Positions 10,779 to 21,256 are shown, numbered from the stretch's first letter. The stretch is DNA of 64,000 nt from an uncultured Verrucomicrobiae bacterium (GCA_963788655.1 CAWBHS010000049.1:32001-96000); one strand, 5' to 3'. Numbers and translations are program-made. The notes: generated from the letters alone by a model not told the origin.

Positions 10779-12056
10779 ATGACTCTCTGGCGTTTGGTTT
10801 GGCGTGAAATTGTGCATCGGAAGGTGAACTTCCTGTTGGGGTTGCTGTCCGTTTCGGTGGCCGTCGGTTGCCTGGTGGGAGCGGTTACGTTGCTAAAGAC
10901 CGACGAAATCCGTACGGGCCAAATTCTCGCTCAAAAGCAGAACGATGTGAAGAAAGCCGGCGCCGAATTGGAGGACTCCATGCGCAAAATCATGAAGGGT
11001 CTGGGCTTCAACATCCTCATTCTTCCGCAGGACCAGGACTTGAACGAGTTGCACCTGGAGGGCACGCTCTCCAAAACCATGCCGGAAGCGTACGTGGACC
11101 GTTTGGCCAAATCGACGATTGTCACGGTCAATCATCTGCTCCCTACGGTGGTCAAAAAACTAACGTGGCCTGAAAAGAACATCCCGATCATTCTCCAGGG
11201 TACGCGTGGTGAGGTGCCGCTGCTGCACGTGGACCCCAAGAAGCCGATTCTCGACGCGGTCCCGCCGGGCAAGATCATTTTGGGTTACCGGATTCAGCAA
11301 CAACTCAAATTGAAGCCCGGCGACAAGGTGACGTTGCTGGGCAAAGACTTTACCTATCTCAAAGCCTACGCGGAACGCGGGACGGCGGATGACAGCACGG
11401 TGTGGATTCATTTGAGCGAAGCGCAGCAACTGTTGGGCATGCAGAACCTCATCCATGCCATCCTGGCGTTGGAATGCCATTGTGCCGGCGATCGCGTGGC
11501 CGTCATTCGCGAAGATGTCACCAAGATTCTGCCCGGCACGCAAGTGATCGAACGCGGTCCGCCCGCGCTCGCCCGCGCCGAAGCCCGGAATCAAGCCAAG
11601 GTAACCGCCGAACAGTCTTTGGAACTGGAAACCGCCAACCGTGCGAAAATGCGCCAACAACATGAGAATCTCGCGGCCGTGCTGGTTCCCGTCGTGCTGA
11701 TTGGCTGCGCGATTTGGATCGGTTTTCTGGCCTTCGCCAACGTGCGCGAACGCCGCGCGGAAATTGGTATTCTGCGGGCGATTGGCTTCCGCTCGACCCA
11801 AATCCTGCGGGCCTTCCTGGGCAAAGCGCTGGTAATCGGCCTGGTGGGCGCGGTCGTGGGCATCGTCGGTGGATTGCTCGTCAGCGCCAATCTGGGTGAG
11901 GTGGCGGCGGGATCGGTCGGTTGGCGGCAATTAGTCGATGGCAACACCCTGCTTGTCGCCGCCGGTACGGCGATCTTATTGTCGGGCTTTGGCAGTTGGA
12001 TTCCAGCCGTCCTCGCGGCCCGCCAGGATCCGGCGGTGGTGCTGCAGACGGAATAA
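10779..12056 (+). CDS. ABC exporter permease (FtsX/MacB-type)
   Basis: N-terminal TM, periplasmic domain, NVRERRAEIGILRAIG, three C-terminal TMs, AARQDP. Confidence 0.9.
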   Translation: MTLWRLVWREIVHRKVNFLLGLLSVSVAVGCLVGAVTLLKTDEIRTGQILAQKQNDVKKAGAELEDSMRKIMKGLGFNILILPQDQDLNELHLEGTLSKTMPEAYVDRLAKSTIVTVNHLLPTVVKKLTWPEKNIPIILQGTRGEVPLLHVDPKKPILDAVPPGKIILGYRIQQQLKLKPGDKVTLLGKDFTYLKAYAERGTADDSTVWIHLSEAQQLLGMQNLIHAILALECHCAGDRVAVIREDVTKILPGTQVIERGPPALARAEARNQAKVTAEQSLELETANRAKMRQQHENLAAVLVPVVLIGCAIWIGFLAFANVRERRAEIGILRAIGFRSTQILRAFLGKALVIGLVGAVVGIVGGLLVSANLGEVAAGSVGWRQLVDGNTLLVAAGTAILLSGFGSWIPAVLAARQDPAVVLQTE

Positions 12057-12061
12057 GCACC

Positions 12062-12724
12062 ATGGCCCTGCTGCAACTCGAACAAGTCAGTAAAACCTAC
12101 CGCCGGCAAGGCGATGGCGAGGTACGCGCGCTCGAGGGTGTTTCGTTGTCGCTCAAGGCGGGGCAATTTATGGCGGTCAAAGGCCCGAGCGGTTGCGGCA
12201 AAACCACCTTGCTGCTTCTGGCCGGGGGGTTGCTCGAACCGACTTCCGGCCGCGTCGTCATCGATCAGCAGAATCCGTATGCCTTGCCGGCGGACCAACG
12301 CGCGCGGTATCGAGCTGCGGCCGTTGGTTTCGTGTTTCAACAATTTCATCTGGTGCCGTACCTCAGTGTGCTGGACAACGTGCTGACGCCGGCCATTGCC
12401 GCGGGCAACGCTGAGGCCCTGCCCCGGGCCAAAGAACTCATCGCGCATTTTGGTTTGGAGCCACGCCTGCATCACGTGCCAGGTGAACTGAGCACCGGTG
12501 AGCGGCAACGGACCGCCCTGGCGCGGGCATTGTTGAATCGACCCAAACTCCTCCTGGCCGACGAGCCCACCGGCAATCTCGACCGCGACAATGCGGATGC
12601 GGTCCTGCACTACCTCGCCGAGTTCGCCAAGAACGGCGGCGCCGTCTTGCTGGTTTCCCATGACGACCATGCCGTCCAACATGCGATGGACGTGATTCAA
12701 CTGCGCGCCGGTCGGCAGATTTGA
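12062..12724 (+). CDS. ABC transporter ATP-binding protein (LolD/MacB-like)
   Basis: GPSGCGKT, LSTGERQR, LLLADEPTGNLD, VSHD. Confidence 0.93.
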   Translation: MALLQLEQVSKTYRRQGDGEVRALEGVSLSLKAGQFMAVKGPSGCGKTTLLLLAGGLLEPTSGRVVIDQQNPYALPADQRARYRAAAVGFVFQQFHLVPYLSVLDNVLTPAIAAGNAEALPRAKELIAHFGLEPRLHHVPGELSTGERQRTALARALLNRPKLLLADEPTGNLDRDNADAVLHYLAEFAKNGGAVLLVSHDDHAVQHAMDVIQLRAGRQI

Positions 12725-12919
12725 GTCAATGACCATAGCGCTTTTCGACCAGCTCACACCCAACGGACGACCTATGATCCGGCTCTCGCGCAATCAAGTT
12801 TCAACGGGGGCGAAAAACGGAAATCAATTTGAGTTCGGTTGCCTTGTTTCCTCTTGAACGAATGGCCGCGATGACTTGCGACCGCTTCTTTTTAGAAAGC
12901 ACGTCGGCCATGTTGCTGT

Positions 12920-13057
12920 TCACGCCTTCGCGCAAAGCTCGCTGTCCTTTTTGGTGAACTCGCGGGACTTTTCTTCCATCCCGCTCTTTTTTAAGGCTTC
13001 TTCTTCGGCGATGCCTTGGTCTGCCGCATATTTCCGCACGTCCTCCGTTATCTTCAT
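12920..13057 (-). repeat. thiC 3'-tail-like repeat, copy A (45-aa open frame)
   Basis: Translates [45 protein letters not shown], which resembles the segment following the final Cys of ThiC. Confidence 0.75.
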
Positions 13058-13063
13058 GGCAGG

Positions 13064-13324
13064 TCAGCGGTAAACTTCGCGGCGGTGGCGCACGCGGTTG
13101 ACGCGCACGACGCGAATCTCGTCGGCAATTTCGTAAACCACGCGGTAGTCGCCCACGCGGATGCGCCAGTCGTGCTTGCTGCCCGCCAGTTTACGGCAAC
13201 CGGGCGGGCGCGGATTCGTCGCGAGTGCTTGAATCGCCGCGATGACGCGGTCGTGAATCTCGGACGAGAGGCGGGCGAGGTCTTTCTCGGCGGCGCGTTC
13301 AAGCAGGACGCGATACATGGTCAC
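13064..13324 (-). CDS. relE: RelE/ParE family toxin
   Basis: YRVLLERAAEKDL, NPRPPGCRKLAG, WRIRVGDYRVVYEI, HRREVYR; overlaps the antitoxin stop. Confidence 0.92.
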   Translation of the reverse strand: MTMYRVLLERAAEKDLARLSSEIHDRVIAAIQALATNPRPPGCRKLAGSKHDWRIRVGDYRVVYEIADEIRVVRVNRVRHRREVYR

Positions 13325-13521
13325 TTGCGGTTGCGCTCGGCGAGGTAGTCCTCCAGCGGACGATAATGGAGCGGCTTGCGGCGGGCGCGCTTGAGCCAGG
13401 CCACATCGTCAGAATCCTCCACCCGCTCCAAAAGTTCCTCGTAGTCCTTGATGGGGATGATGACGGAGACGGGTTTGCCTTTGCGCGTCACGATTTCAGG
13501 TTCGGACAATGTTGCTTTCAT
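13321..13521 (-). CDS. Phd/YefM family antitoxin
   Basis: IVTRKGKPVSVIIPIKDYEELLERVED, immediately upstream of the toxin. Confidence 0.85.
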   Translation of the reverse strand: MKATLSEPEIVTRKGKPVSVIIPIKDYEELLERVEDSDDVAWLKRARRKPLHYRPLEDYLAERNRK

Positions 13522-13541
13522 GGCCTGCAGGTTATCACCGT

Positions 13542-13676
13542 TCACGCCTTTGCGTAAAGCTCACTGCCCTTCTCGGTGAACTCGCGGGACTTTTCATCCA
13601 TCCCCTACTTCAACGCCATTTCCTCGCCGATGCTTTGTTCGGCGGCGTATTTCTGCACGTCTTCCGTGATGTTCAG
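13542..13676 (-). repeat. thiC 3'-tail-like repeat, copy B (internal stop)
   Basis: Translates LNITEDVQKYAAEQSIGEEMALK*GMDEKSREFTEKGSELYAKA*; direct repeat of 12920-13057. Confidence 0.75.
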
Positions 13677-13822
13677 GCGGCAAACGTAGTGGAATCAACG
13701 CCGACTGCAAAGGCGGGAATTACGCCCGGCGAGTCGCCGAACGCGGCAGGCAGGATGCGCTGCGCTATTTTCATTTTTCTGCTTGGCGGCATGTCCGCCA
13801 CGCCGGATCCCAGCACACAAGC

Positions 13823-16800
13823 TCAAGGGCCGACACTCGTCGTGAAATTCGCGGAGTTCTTCCCGCGTTTGTTTTCATAGCCGATGCCGGCGTGCCATTC
13901 GCCCTGACCGGTGGGTCGGATGGTGCCGTTGAAGACTCCGGGGCTTTGGCCCTTCTCCAATTGCGCGGCGGCTTGCATCGCCATGCCGGGCATGTCCATC
14001 CGCAATTCGAGCCAGACCGATCCCACATCCACCGGCTTGCCGGTGGCGTCGGTGACTTCGATGCGAATCGCGTTGTCGCCCATGCGAAGTTGCGTGCCCT
14101 CGCCAAGGACTTTGAACTGATAGGGGCCGACGGTCTGGGTGGTTATCACCGCAGTGGGTGTGGACGGACCGCTCAGGCTGTGCCACAACCACCAGCCGCC
14201 GCCGCCCAGCACCAGGGCTCCAATGACGATCGAGGCGATCAATAGCTTGCGCACCGGCTTCGCTTCAGCCGGCGGCGCTTCGACTCCGCGACTGCGCCAC
14301 AGGAAATAAACCAGCGGGACGATCAGCAGGGTAAGGATCGTGGTGCTGACCATGCCGCCGACCATCGGCGCGGCAATGCGTTTCATCGCCTGGGCGCCGG
14401 TGCCGTGGCTCCACATGATCGGCAGCAGGCCGGCGAAGATCGCGAAGAAGGTCATCATCACGGGCCGCACGCGTTGAGTCGCGCCGTCGCGGACGGCTTC
14501 CATCAGAGCGCCGTAGGTGGGTTTCGGATTATTCTTCTTGAGGTTCTTCCAGGCCTCGTCGAGATAGACGATCATCACCACGCCGATTTCGGTGGCCACG
14601 CCCGCCAGCGCGATGAAGCCGACCGCCACCGCCACGCTGAAGTTGTAGCCGAGCAGCCAGATAAGCCAGATGCTGCCCACGGTGGCGAACGGCAGCGTCA
14701 GCAGCACGAGGAACACTTCGACCGGATTTCGGAAGTTGAGATACAACAACACAAAAATGATGACCAGGGTCATCGGGACCACCAGCGCGAGGGTGGCACG
14801 CGCCTCCTGCATGTATTGATATTGGCCGCCCCAGCCGAGGAAATAGCCCGGTGGCAACTTGATGTGTTCGGCAACCAGTTTCTTGGCGCTGGTCACGTAG
14901 CTGCCCAGGTCAATCCCCTTGGTGTCCACGAAGACGAAGCCGTTGAGCAGTCCGTTTTCGTCGCGGACAAAGGCCGGCCCGGTGGTCAGATGGATGTCGG
15001 CCAACTGTTCCATCGGCACCTGGGCGCCGGTGGGCGTGGCCACGAGCACGCGGCGCAGCGCTGGCACGTCGTGGCGCAACGCCGGTCCGTAGCGGATGTT
15101 GATCGGATAACGCTCGCGGCCCTTGATTACCGTGGAAATGGTCATGCCGCCGATGGCCGATTGAATGACGTCCTCCACGTTCCCCACCGTCAGGCCGTAG
15201 CGGGCGATCGCCTTGCGATTGATCTCGAAGTTGACGTAGTAGCCGCCGGTGACCCGCTCCGAGAAAACGGTGGCCGTGTGCGGGTCCTGTTTGAGCAACG
15301 CCTCAATTTGTTCGCCGATCTTTTGAATGACGCCGACGTCGGGGCCATAAACCGTGATGCCAATCTGGCTGCGGATGCCGGTGGAGAGCATTTCCGTGCG
15401 GGTCTGGATGGGCATCCACCAGATGGCCGGCGCACCGGGAGTTCGCACCAATTTGTCCAGGCCTTCCTTGATTTTGTCGAACGTCATGCCAGGACGCCAT
15501 TGGTCCTCGGGTTTGAGGGTGATTACGGTTTCCGTCATGGACAGGGGCGCGGGGTCCGTGGCGGTGCGGGCACGACCGACCTTCCCATACACATGCTCGA
15601 CTTCGGGGAAGGTCATGAGCGCGGCGTCCTGCTTTTGCAGAATCTTCTTCGCCTCGGTGATCGAGATTCCCGGGACGCTGGTGGGCATGAACAGCAGCGA
15701 GCCTTCATTCAACGGCGGCATGAACTCCGATCCAATCCGGCTCAACGGAAACCAAGTGATCGCGAGCACCGCCAGCGCCAGCAGCAGCGTCACCCATTTG
15801 AACCGGAGCACGAAGTTGAGAAACGGCCGGTAGATCCACGAGAAAAAGCGGCTGATCGGATGCCGGTGTTCGGCGGCGATTTTGCCGCGGATGAACCACA
15901 CCATCAGGATCGGCACAATGCTCACGGACAACAAGGCCGCGAAGAACATCGAGAAGGTCTTGGTATAAGCGAGCGGCTTGAACATCCGGCCCGACTGCGC
16001 CGTGAGCGCGAACACCGGCAGGAATGACACCGTGATGATGAGCAGGGAAAAGAACAGCGGCTTGCCCACCTGTTTGGCGGCGGAAACCATCACGTCCAGG
16101 CGCGTCATGCCGGCGATCTCCCGTTCCACCTCGGTCAGGGCTGCGTCGCCTTCCTGGTCGCGTTTGGCGCGGGCATGGTTCCACCGTTCGAGCCATTTGT
16201 GGGCGTTCTCGATCATGACCACCGCGGCATCCACCATCGCACCGATGGCGATGGCGATGCCGCCCAGCGACATGATATTGGAGGAGACGCCGAGCGCCAC
16301 CATGGCGATGAAGGAAAGCAGGATGGCGACGGGCAGAACCAGAATCGCGACGAACGCGCTCCGGAAATGAAACAGAAAGAGAATGCAGACCAGACTGACG
16401 ATGATGCTTTCCTCAATGAGTTTGCTCCGGAGATTGCTGATGGCGCGCAGGATGAGATCGGAGCGGTCGTAGCCGGTGACAATCTTCACGCCGGGCGGTA
16501 GCGACGGCTTGAAAGCTTCCAGTTTGGCTTTGACGGCCTGAATGGTCGTGAGCGCGTTCTCACCGTAGCGCATTACGACGATGCCGCCCACGGCCTCGCC
16601 TTTGCCATCCCAATCGAGCGCGCCGCGGCGCAGGTCCGGCGCGAAATGGACGTTCCCGATCTGCTGGACGGTAATGGGTGTGCCATTGGTATCCACTCCG
16701 ACCACAACGTCTGCGATGTCGCTCAGGGTCTTGATATAGCCCATGCCCTTGACCATGTATTCGGTCTCGCCGTATTCGATGACCCGGCCGCCGACGTCGT

Positions 16801-17545
16801 TGTTGGAGTCGCGGATGGCCATGATGACCTTGGTCAACGGGATGTGGTAGGCCAGCAGTTTGTTCGGATCCACGTCCACTTCATATTCACGGACGAATCC
16901 TCCGATGCTGGCCACTTCGGCCACGCCCGGCGTGTTTTGCAGGTAGTAACGGAGATTCCAGTCCTGAAGCGTGCGCAAGTCGGCCAGGCTGTTCTGGCCG
17001 GTCGTATCCACCAGCGCGTATTCATAGACCCAGCCCACGCCCGTGGCATCCGGCCCCAGCGTGGGCCGAATGCCCGGTGGCAGATCGCCCATGGCCTGGT
17101 TGAGATATTCCAACACGCGGGAGCGCGCCCAATACATGTCGGTGCCGTCCTTAAAGACAACGTTTACGAATGACAGGCCGAAGAACGTCTGGCCACGCAC
17201 ATATTTGACGTGAGGTGCCGCCGACAGAACACTGACGATGGGATAAGTGATCTGGTCCTCGACCAACTGCGGATCCCGGCCCGGCCATTCCGTGAAGACA
17301 ATGACTTGAACATCGGACAGGTCGGGAATCGCATCGAGCTTGACGTTCTTGACGGCCACCACTCCGGCGACGATGAGAAACAAGACACCCACCAGCACAA
17401 GGAACTGATTGTGCGAGCACCAGCCGATGATGCGTTCGATGGCGGTTTCGTCACTGACCAGCCAAGCGGGTTTCGCGGCAGACGGACTTTCTTGCCCCGG
17501 TTTGCCGGCCGGTTCGTCCGCTTGCGTTGGTTTATCCGGGTCCAT
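13823..17545 (-). CDS. cusA: CusA/SilA heavy-metal RND permease with extra C-terminal TM and YtkA/FixH-like domain
   Basis: [60 protein letters not shown]; tail GDNAIRIEVTDATGKPV...MDMPGM. Confidence 0.93.
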   Translation of the reverse strand: MDPDKPTQADEPAGKPGQESPSAAKPAWLVSDETAIERIIGWCSHNQFLVLVGVLFLIVAGVVAVKNVKLDAIPDLSDVQVIVFTEWPGRDPQLVEDQITYPIVSVLSAAPHVKYVRGQTFFGLSFVNVVFKDGTDMYWARSRVLEYLNQAMGDLPPGIRPTLGPDATGVGWVYEYALVDTTGQNSLADLRTLQDWNLRYYLQNTPGVAEVASIGGFVREYEVDVDPNKLLAYHIPLTKVIMAIRDSNNDVGGRVIEYGETEYMVKGMGYIKTLSDIADVVVGVDTNGTPITVQQIGNVHFAPDLRRGALDWDGKGEAVGGIVVMRYGENALTTIQAVKAKLEAFKPSLPPGVKIVTGYDRSDLILRAISNLRSKLIEESIIVSLVCILFLFHFRSAFVAILVLPVAILLSFIAMVALGVSSNIMSLGGIAIAIGAMVDAAVVMIENAHKWLERWNHARAKRDQEGDAALTEVEREIAGMTRLDVMVSAAKQVGKPLFFSLLIITVSFLPVFALTAQSGRMFKPLAYTKTFSMFFAALLSVSIVPILMVWFIRGKIAAEHRHPISRFFSWIYRPFLNFVLRFKWVTLLLALAVLAITWFPLSRIGSEFMPPLNEGSLLFMPTSVPGISITEAKKILQKQDAALMTFPEVEHVYGKVGRARTATDPAPLSMTETVITLKPEDQWRPGMTFDKIKEGLDKLVRTPGAPAIWWMPIQTRTEMLSTGIRSQIGITVYGPDVGVIQKIGEQIEALLKQDPHTATVFSERVTGGYYVNFEINRKAIARYGLTVGNVEDVIQSAIGGMTISTVIKGRERYPINIRYGPALRHDVPALRRVLVATPTGAQVPMEQLADIHLTTGPAFVRDENGLLNGFVFVDTKGIDLGSYVTSAKKLVAEHIKLPPGYFLGWGGQYQYMQEARATLALVVPMTLVIIFVLLYLNFRNPVEVFLVLLTLPFATVGSIWLIWLLGYNFSVAVAVGFIALAGVATEIGVVMIVYLDEAWKNLKKNNPKPTYGALMEAVRDGATQRVRPVMMTFFAIFAGLLPIMWSHGTGAQAMKRIAAPMVGGMVSTTILTLLIVPLVYFLWRSRGVEAPPAEAKPVRKLLIASIVIGALVLGGGGWWLWHSLSGPSTPTAVITTQTVGPYQFKVLGEGTQLRMGDNAIRIEVTDATGKPVDVGSVWLELRMDMPGMAMQAAAQLEKGQSPGVFNGTIRPTGQGEWHAGIGYENKRGKNSANFTTSVGP

Positions 17546-17550
17546 GTAAC

Positions 17551-18927
17551 TCAATGCTGATGTCCACCGCCGGTCGCTGAGGTGCGAAGCTGGCTTTCGC
17601 TGTCCAGCAGGAAGTTGCCGTCCACCACGACTTTTTCGCCTTCCGTCAGTCCTTGATTCACGACCACTTGTCCGCCCTCGACATGAGATCCCAACTCAAT
17701 GCGCCGGGGAACGAAGTGTCCGCTGGTCACCTCCACAAAAACATACTGGCTGACGCCGGTGTCATACACCGCCGTCTGCGGTATCAACAGGCGTTCGCCC
17801 GCATCAACCTGGATTTCCGCGTTGGCGTAGTCATTGGGTTTGAACAGCCCGTCGGGATTGTCCATCACCAGTCGCGCCGTTGTGGTGCGGGTCTGATTTT
17901 CTGAATACGGGTAGATGAAATCCACCTTGGCGTGATAAACTTGGCCGGGATGCGCGATGGCCGTGACCTTCACGCCTTGTCCGACTTTCGCGTAAGGCAG
18001 TTCGTATTCGTAGAGCTGGGCGTTGATCCACACGGTGCTCAAATCCGCCACGCGGTAGAGCGTTTTCCCCAAGCTGACCATTTGCGCGGGATCAATGTTC
18101 TTCTCGATCACATAGCCGGTCACCGGCGCGCGGAGCTGCAGGGTGTCGGTCGGTTTGCCGGACTTCTCCACCGCGGCGATTTCGTCGTCGCTGATTTCCC
18201 AGAGTTTGAGCCGTTTGCGGGCCGATGCCGCCAGCGTCGCCGCTTCGGTCATGCTCTCCTGCCACACGACGTTGTTGGTCTGGGCCGCATCTTTCGGTGG
18301 AAGGTGTTTCAGCCGCTCACCATGCCGGTAGGCCAGCAGGTATTCGTATTGGGCCGAATACAATTCCGGGCTGTAAATGTCCATCAGCGGATCGCCCTGT
18401 TTCACGAACTGGCCCGGCTTGTCCACGTAAAGCTTCTGGGCCCAACCCATGATGCGCGCGTTCACGTTGGCCAGCCGGGTGTCGTCGTAAGTCACAATGC
18501 CCACGGTGCGAATCGTCACCACCGCGTCACCGTTCGTCACCGCCCGGGTGCGGATGTTGATGAACTGGCGCTGCGCCAGGTCCAGATCCACCGGGCTGCG
18601 ACCGGGAACAAGTTCGTTGGTGGATGCTGTCTGGCTGCTGTGCTCGCCGCCAGGCATCGGCATGTTGCCCATGTTCGTCTCACCTATGGCTGGCGTGTTG
18701 GTGGCGGCGGGTATCGGCATCTTCATGCCGGGCATGGACTGGTTCATTCCCGTCGTGCTGCCGTGGTCGGACGGCATCGTGGAAGACTGCATGTTCGTGT
18801 CCGTGTGATTGGCCTGAGCAGCGGCGTCGGATTTCTTCCGGCAACTCACAGCCGCGAGTGCCAGCGTGGCCAGGACCACGACTGCGACCGCGGCTTTCGG
18901 GATTCGATTGATACGAGGCAGCTTCAT
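17551..18927 (-). CDS. cusB: CusB-like RND periplasmic adaptor, Met-rich N-terminus
   Basis: Lipoprotein-like AVSC, GWAQKLYV, IYSPELYSAQYEYL, ADLSTVW, DFIYP, GNFLLDSESQL. Confidence 0.9.
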   Translation of the reverse strand: MKLPRINRIPKAAVAVVVLATLALAAVSCRKKSDAAAQANHTDTNMQSSTMPSDHGSTTGMNQSMPGMKMPIPAATNTPAIGETNMGNMPMPGGEHSSQTASTNELVPGRSPVDLDLAQRQFINIRTRAVTNGDAVVTIRTVGIVTYDDTRLANVNARIMGWAQKLYVDKPGQFVKQGDPLMDIYSPELYSAQYEYLLAYRHGERLKHLPPKDAAQTNNVVWQESMTEAATLAASARKRLKLWEISDDEIAAVEKSGKPTDTLQLRAPVTGYVIEKNIDPAQMVSLGKTLYRVADLSTVWINAQLYEYELPYAKVGQGVKVTAIAHPGQVYHAKVDFIYPYSENQTRTTTARLVMDNPDGLFKPNDYANAEIQVDAGERLLIPQTAVYDTGVSQYVFVEVTSGHFVPRRIELGSHVEGGQVVVNQGLTEGEKVVVDGNFLLDSESQLRTSATGGGHQH

Positions 18928-20333
18928 GGTTTTCTGACTTTCTCGGACGTGAGGAACGACGTTTCTCCGCCAACCAGTTTTTCCACCGTGGAGAAACCTT
19001 GCTCCCGATCCGCGACCGCCCGTTCGTAGGTTAGTTGGAATTCCAGCAGGACGCGTTCGGCATCAATGAGCGAGAGAAAATCGGATTTGCCTGACTCAAA
19101 CGAACGCTGAATCACTTTTACGTTCTCGTCCGCCTTGGGAATCAATGCGTCGCGGTAAAGGACAACCTTGCGCTCTGCGTCCTGGTACTGGAACAAGGCG
19201 AGTTGGAGGTCGGTGCTGAGGTGGTTCGCCCGGTCCCGGCGTTCCTGCAGCGTGGCGGCGTAACGACTCTCCGCCTCTCGCACGCCGGCGCGATATTTGC
19301 CCCACCAAAGCGGAATGTTCACTGAAAAACCAGCCACCACCGCGTCCTTGCCGCTGTCCGCCACTCCTGACATCCGGGCCGGACCGGTTTCAATGTAATC
19401 CACTCCCAGCGTCACGTCCGGATAGAATTCCTTTTTTTGCCAGCGCGATGTTCGCTTTGTCCTTCCCGGCCAGGTAATCGAGGCTCTTGAGTTCCGGGTT
19501 GGCGGCTTTCAACCGTTCGAGGAGGTTGGAGGATTCGGTGGAAAGTGTCGCTGGTACAATGTTGGTTGGAAACGACAGCGGCGCCTCCGCAGGGCGATTG
19601 AGGGCGGCGTTGAGCCGCGCCGCTGTCGGGTTCTTGAGGTCGTTAACGTGCGGAGACGGTCGCGGGTCTTGTCCAGTTCCACCTGCGCCTTGATCACATC
19701 ACCGTTCATGGCCGTGCCGGATTCATACTTTGACCGAGCGATTTCCTCGAATTGTTTGAGCAGTTCCACATTCGCTGCGGTGACGGAGATGGCGCGGCCC
19801 ATGTAGTAAAGTTCGTAGTAGGCCTGTTTGACCTCGTCGAACAACTTCAGTTTGGCGGCCTCGTATTGTTGCTGCGCGGCGTTCGCGCCTTCGAGCGCGC
19901 CCTCGCCTCGCAGTTTCAATTTGCCGAACCACGGGAACATCTGGCTGAGACCCACGCGTTGCTCCTGCGGTCCGACGCGCGTTTCGACTTCCTGAATAAA
20001 GTAACCATAGTTGAAGCGTGGGTCAGGCAGCGTGCGCGCCTGAGTGACCATCTCCAGCGCGGCTTTCCAACGATTGAAGGCCGCCTCCAGTTGCGGATTG
20101 TTTAACGCAGCGTAAGCAAGGTAATCCGGAAGGCCGGAGCTCGCGGTCAAGCTTGACAATCGGCCTGTGGCCGAGGCCCGGCTGGAGGACGGCGATGCGG
20201 TCGGCGCTTTGGTTTGCAGTTCCTTGAAAGCATGCCCCTCCTGAGATGTCGCGCAACCCACTGCCAGCAATAAACCGACACTTAGCAGCCAGCAGCGGTT
20301 CAGTTTCGTTCGACGGTTCCGTTTCCTGCTCAT
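18924..20333 (-). CDS. cusC: CusC/TolC outer-membrane factor (frameshifts ~19645 and ~19435)
   Basis: LAVGC lipobox, ARTLPDP, SQMFPWFGKLKLR, NIPLW, DFLSLIDAER; split over ORFs 19509..20333 and 18924..19415. Confidence 0.82.
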
Positions 20334-20443
20334 TTCTTGTCTGAATAAGATGGGAACGATGCAACTCCCTGGCTACCGGGGACAAGTCCTATTATCGGCT
20401 AAGAAACATTCGTAGAAAGGCAGGAAGCAGGCGGAAAATGCAA

Positions 20444-20496
20444 ACCGAAATCCGGACTTCGAATATCGAAGGAAGTCCGAAGGATCGAATTTGAAA
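20444..20496. repeat. Degenerate 7-bp tandem repeat (CCGAA/TCGAA core)
   Basis: CCGAAATCCGGACTTCGAATATCGAAGGAAGTCCGAAGGATCGAA. Confidence 0.4.
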
Positions 20497-20590
20497 ACCG
20501 CGCTCTCCTTAATAAACGTGAGGGAACGCACGCGACACTGGACAGCGTCGCGTGCGCACTCTGCGACTTCCGAGCGGGGCGTCGGCGAAG

Positions 20591-21152
20591 TCAACGGGCG
20601 GTCACGTTAATGAGGTTGGGCGCCGAGGCACTCCAACCTATGGGTTCATAGCCCAACCACACGAACTCGGACTTGTGCTGAGCCGCCTTGGCGGGCGTCC
20701 ATTTTCCTTGCAAGTGGACCGTAGTCAGTTTCCCCGCCTCGACCACCAGTGGCACCGTGACCAGGCCGTAGTCTTTTGACTTTGCTCGAACCTGATAGGC
20801 ACCTGGGGGTAATGCCACCACCGTCGGCGTGGCATCGTTCATGCCTTTGGCGTTTTGCACGTGACGCAACAGTTTTCCCTTGGAGCTGTAGATCGTGTAG
20901 GGGGTATGGGCCAGGTCGTAAACGTCGTCCTCGGCCATGAAATTGCCTTCAACAAACACCTCGCCATTGAGGTTTGTGGGAACCCGTTTCTGGCGGGCGG
21001 AATACACTTGTAGTCGCCCATCTTGGGAAGCCTGAGCATGATTACCCGGCGCCGGACCGATCCGAATCGGCCCATTCGCTTCGGTAGCGGCTCGGAACGG
21101 GCAACGCCAGCGACATTAAACCGAACGTAATCAAGCTGATAAAAACTTTCAT
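20591..21152 (-). CDS. Hypothetical exported protein (frameshift in 5' part)
   Basis: ATG 21152 gives signal-like MKVFISLITFGLMSLA; shifts into GPAPG...GRLQVYSA...AHTPYTIYS...VTVPLVVEAGK; preceded by the ECF-like motif. Confidence 0.55.
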
Positions 21153-21256
21153 AATGATCCTTTTCTTCTTCGTATTTTGAGGTTGTGACTGCTATGCACG
21201 AGACTTACATGCTCTTACTCGCAAGAGCGGTCCATGCTGGACGCTCTCAAGTTAAT

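Noticed and set aside
9937..10782. 281-aa ORF bridging two genes
   Set aside because: It is a translation of REP repeats (SLSPRERVRVRG, PSPRPSP), with no protein-like features.
14405..16027. 540-aa plus-strand ORF and similar long ORFs (1559..2836, 5335..6537, 17932..19029, 46085..47386, 49688..51061)
   Set aside because: Antisense shadows of well-supported genes in high-GC DNA.
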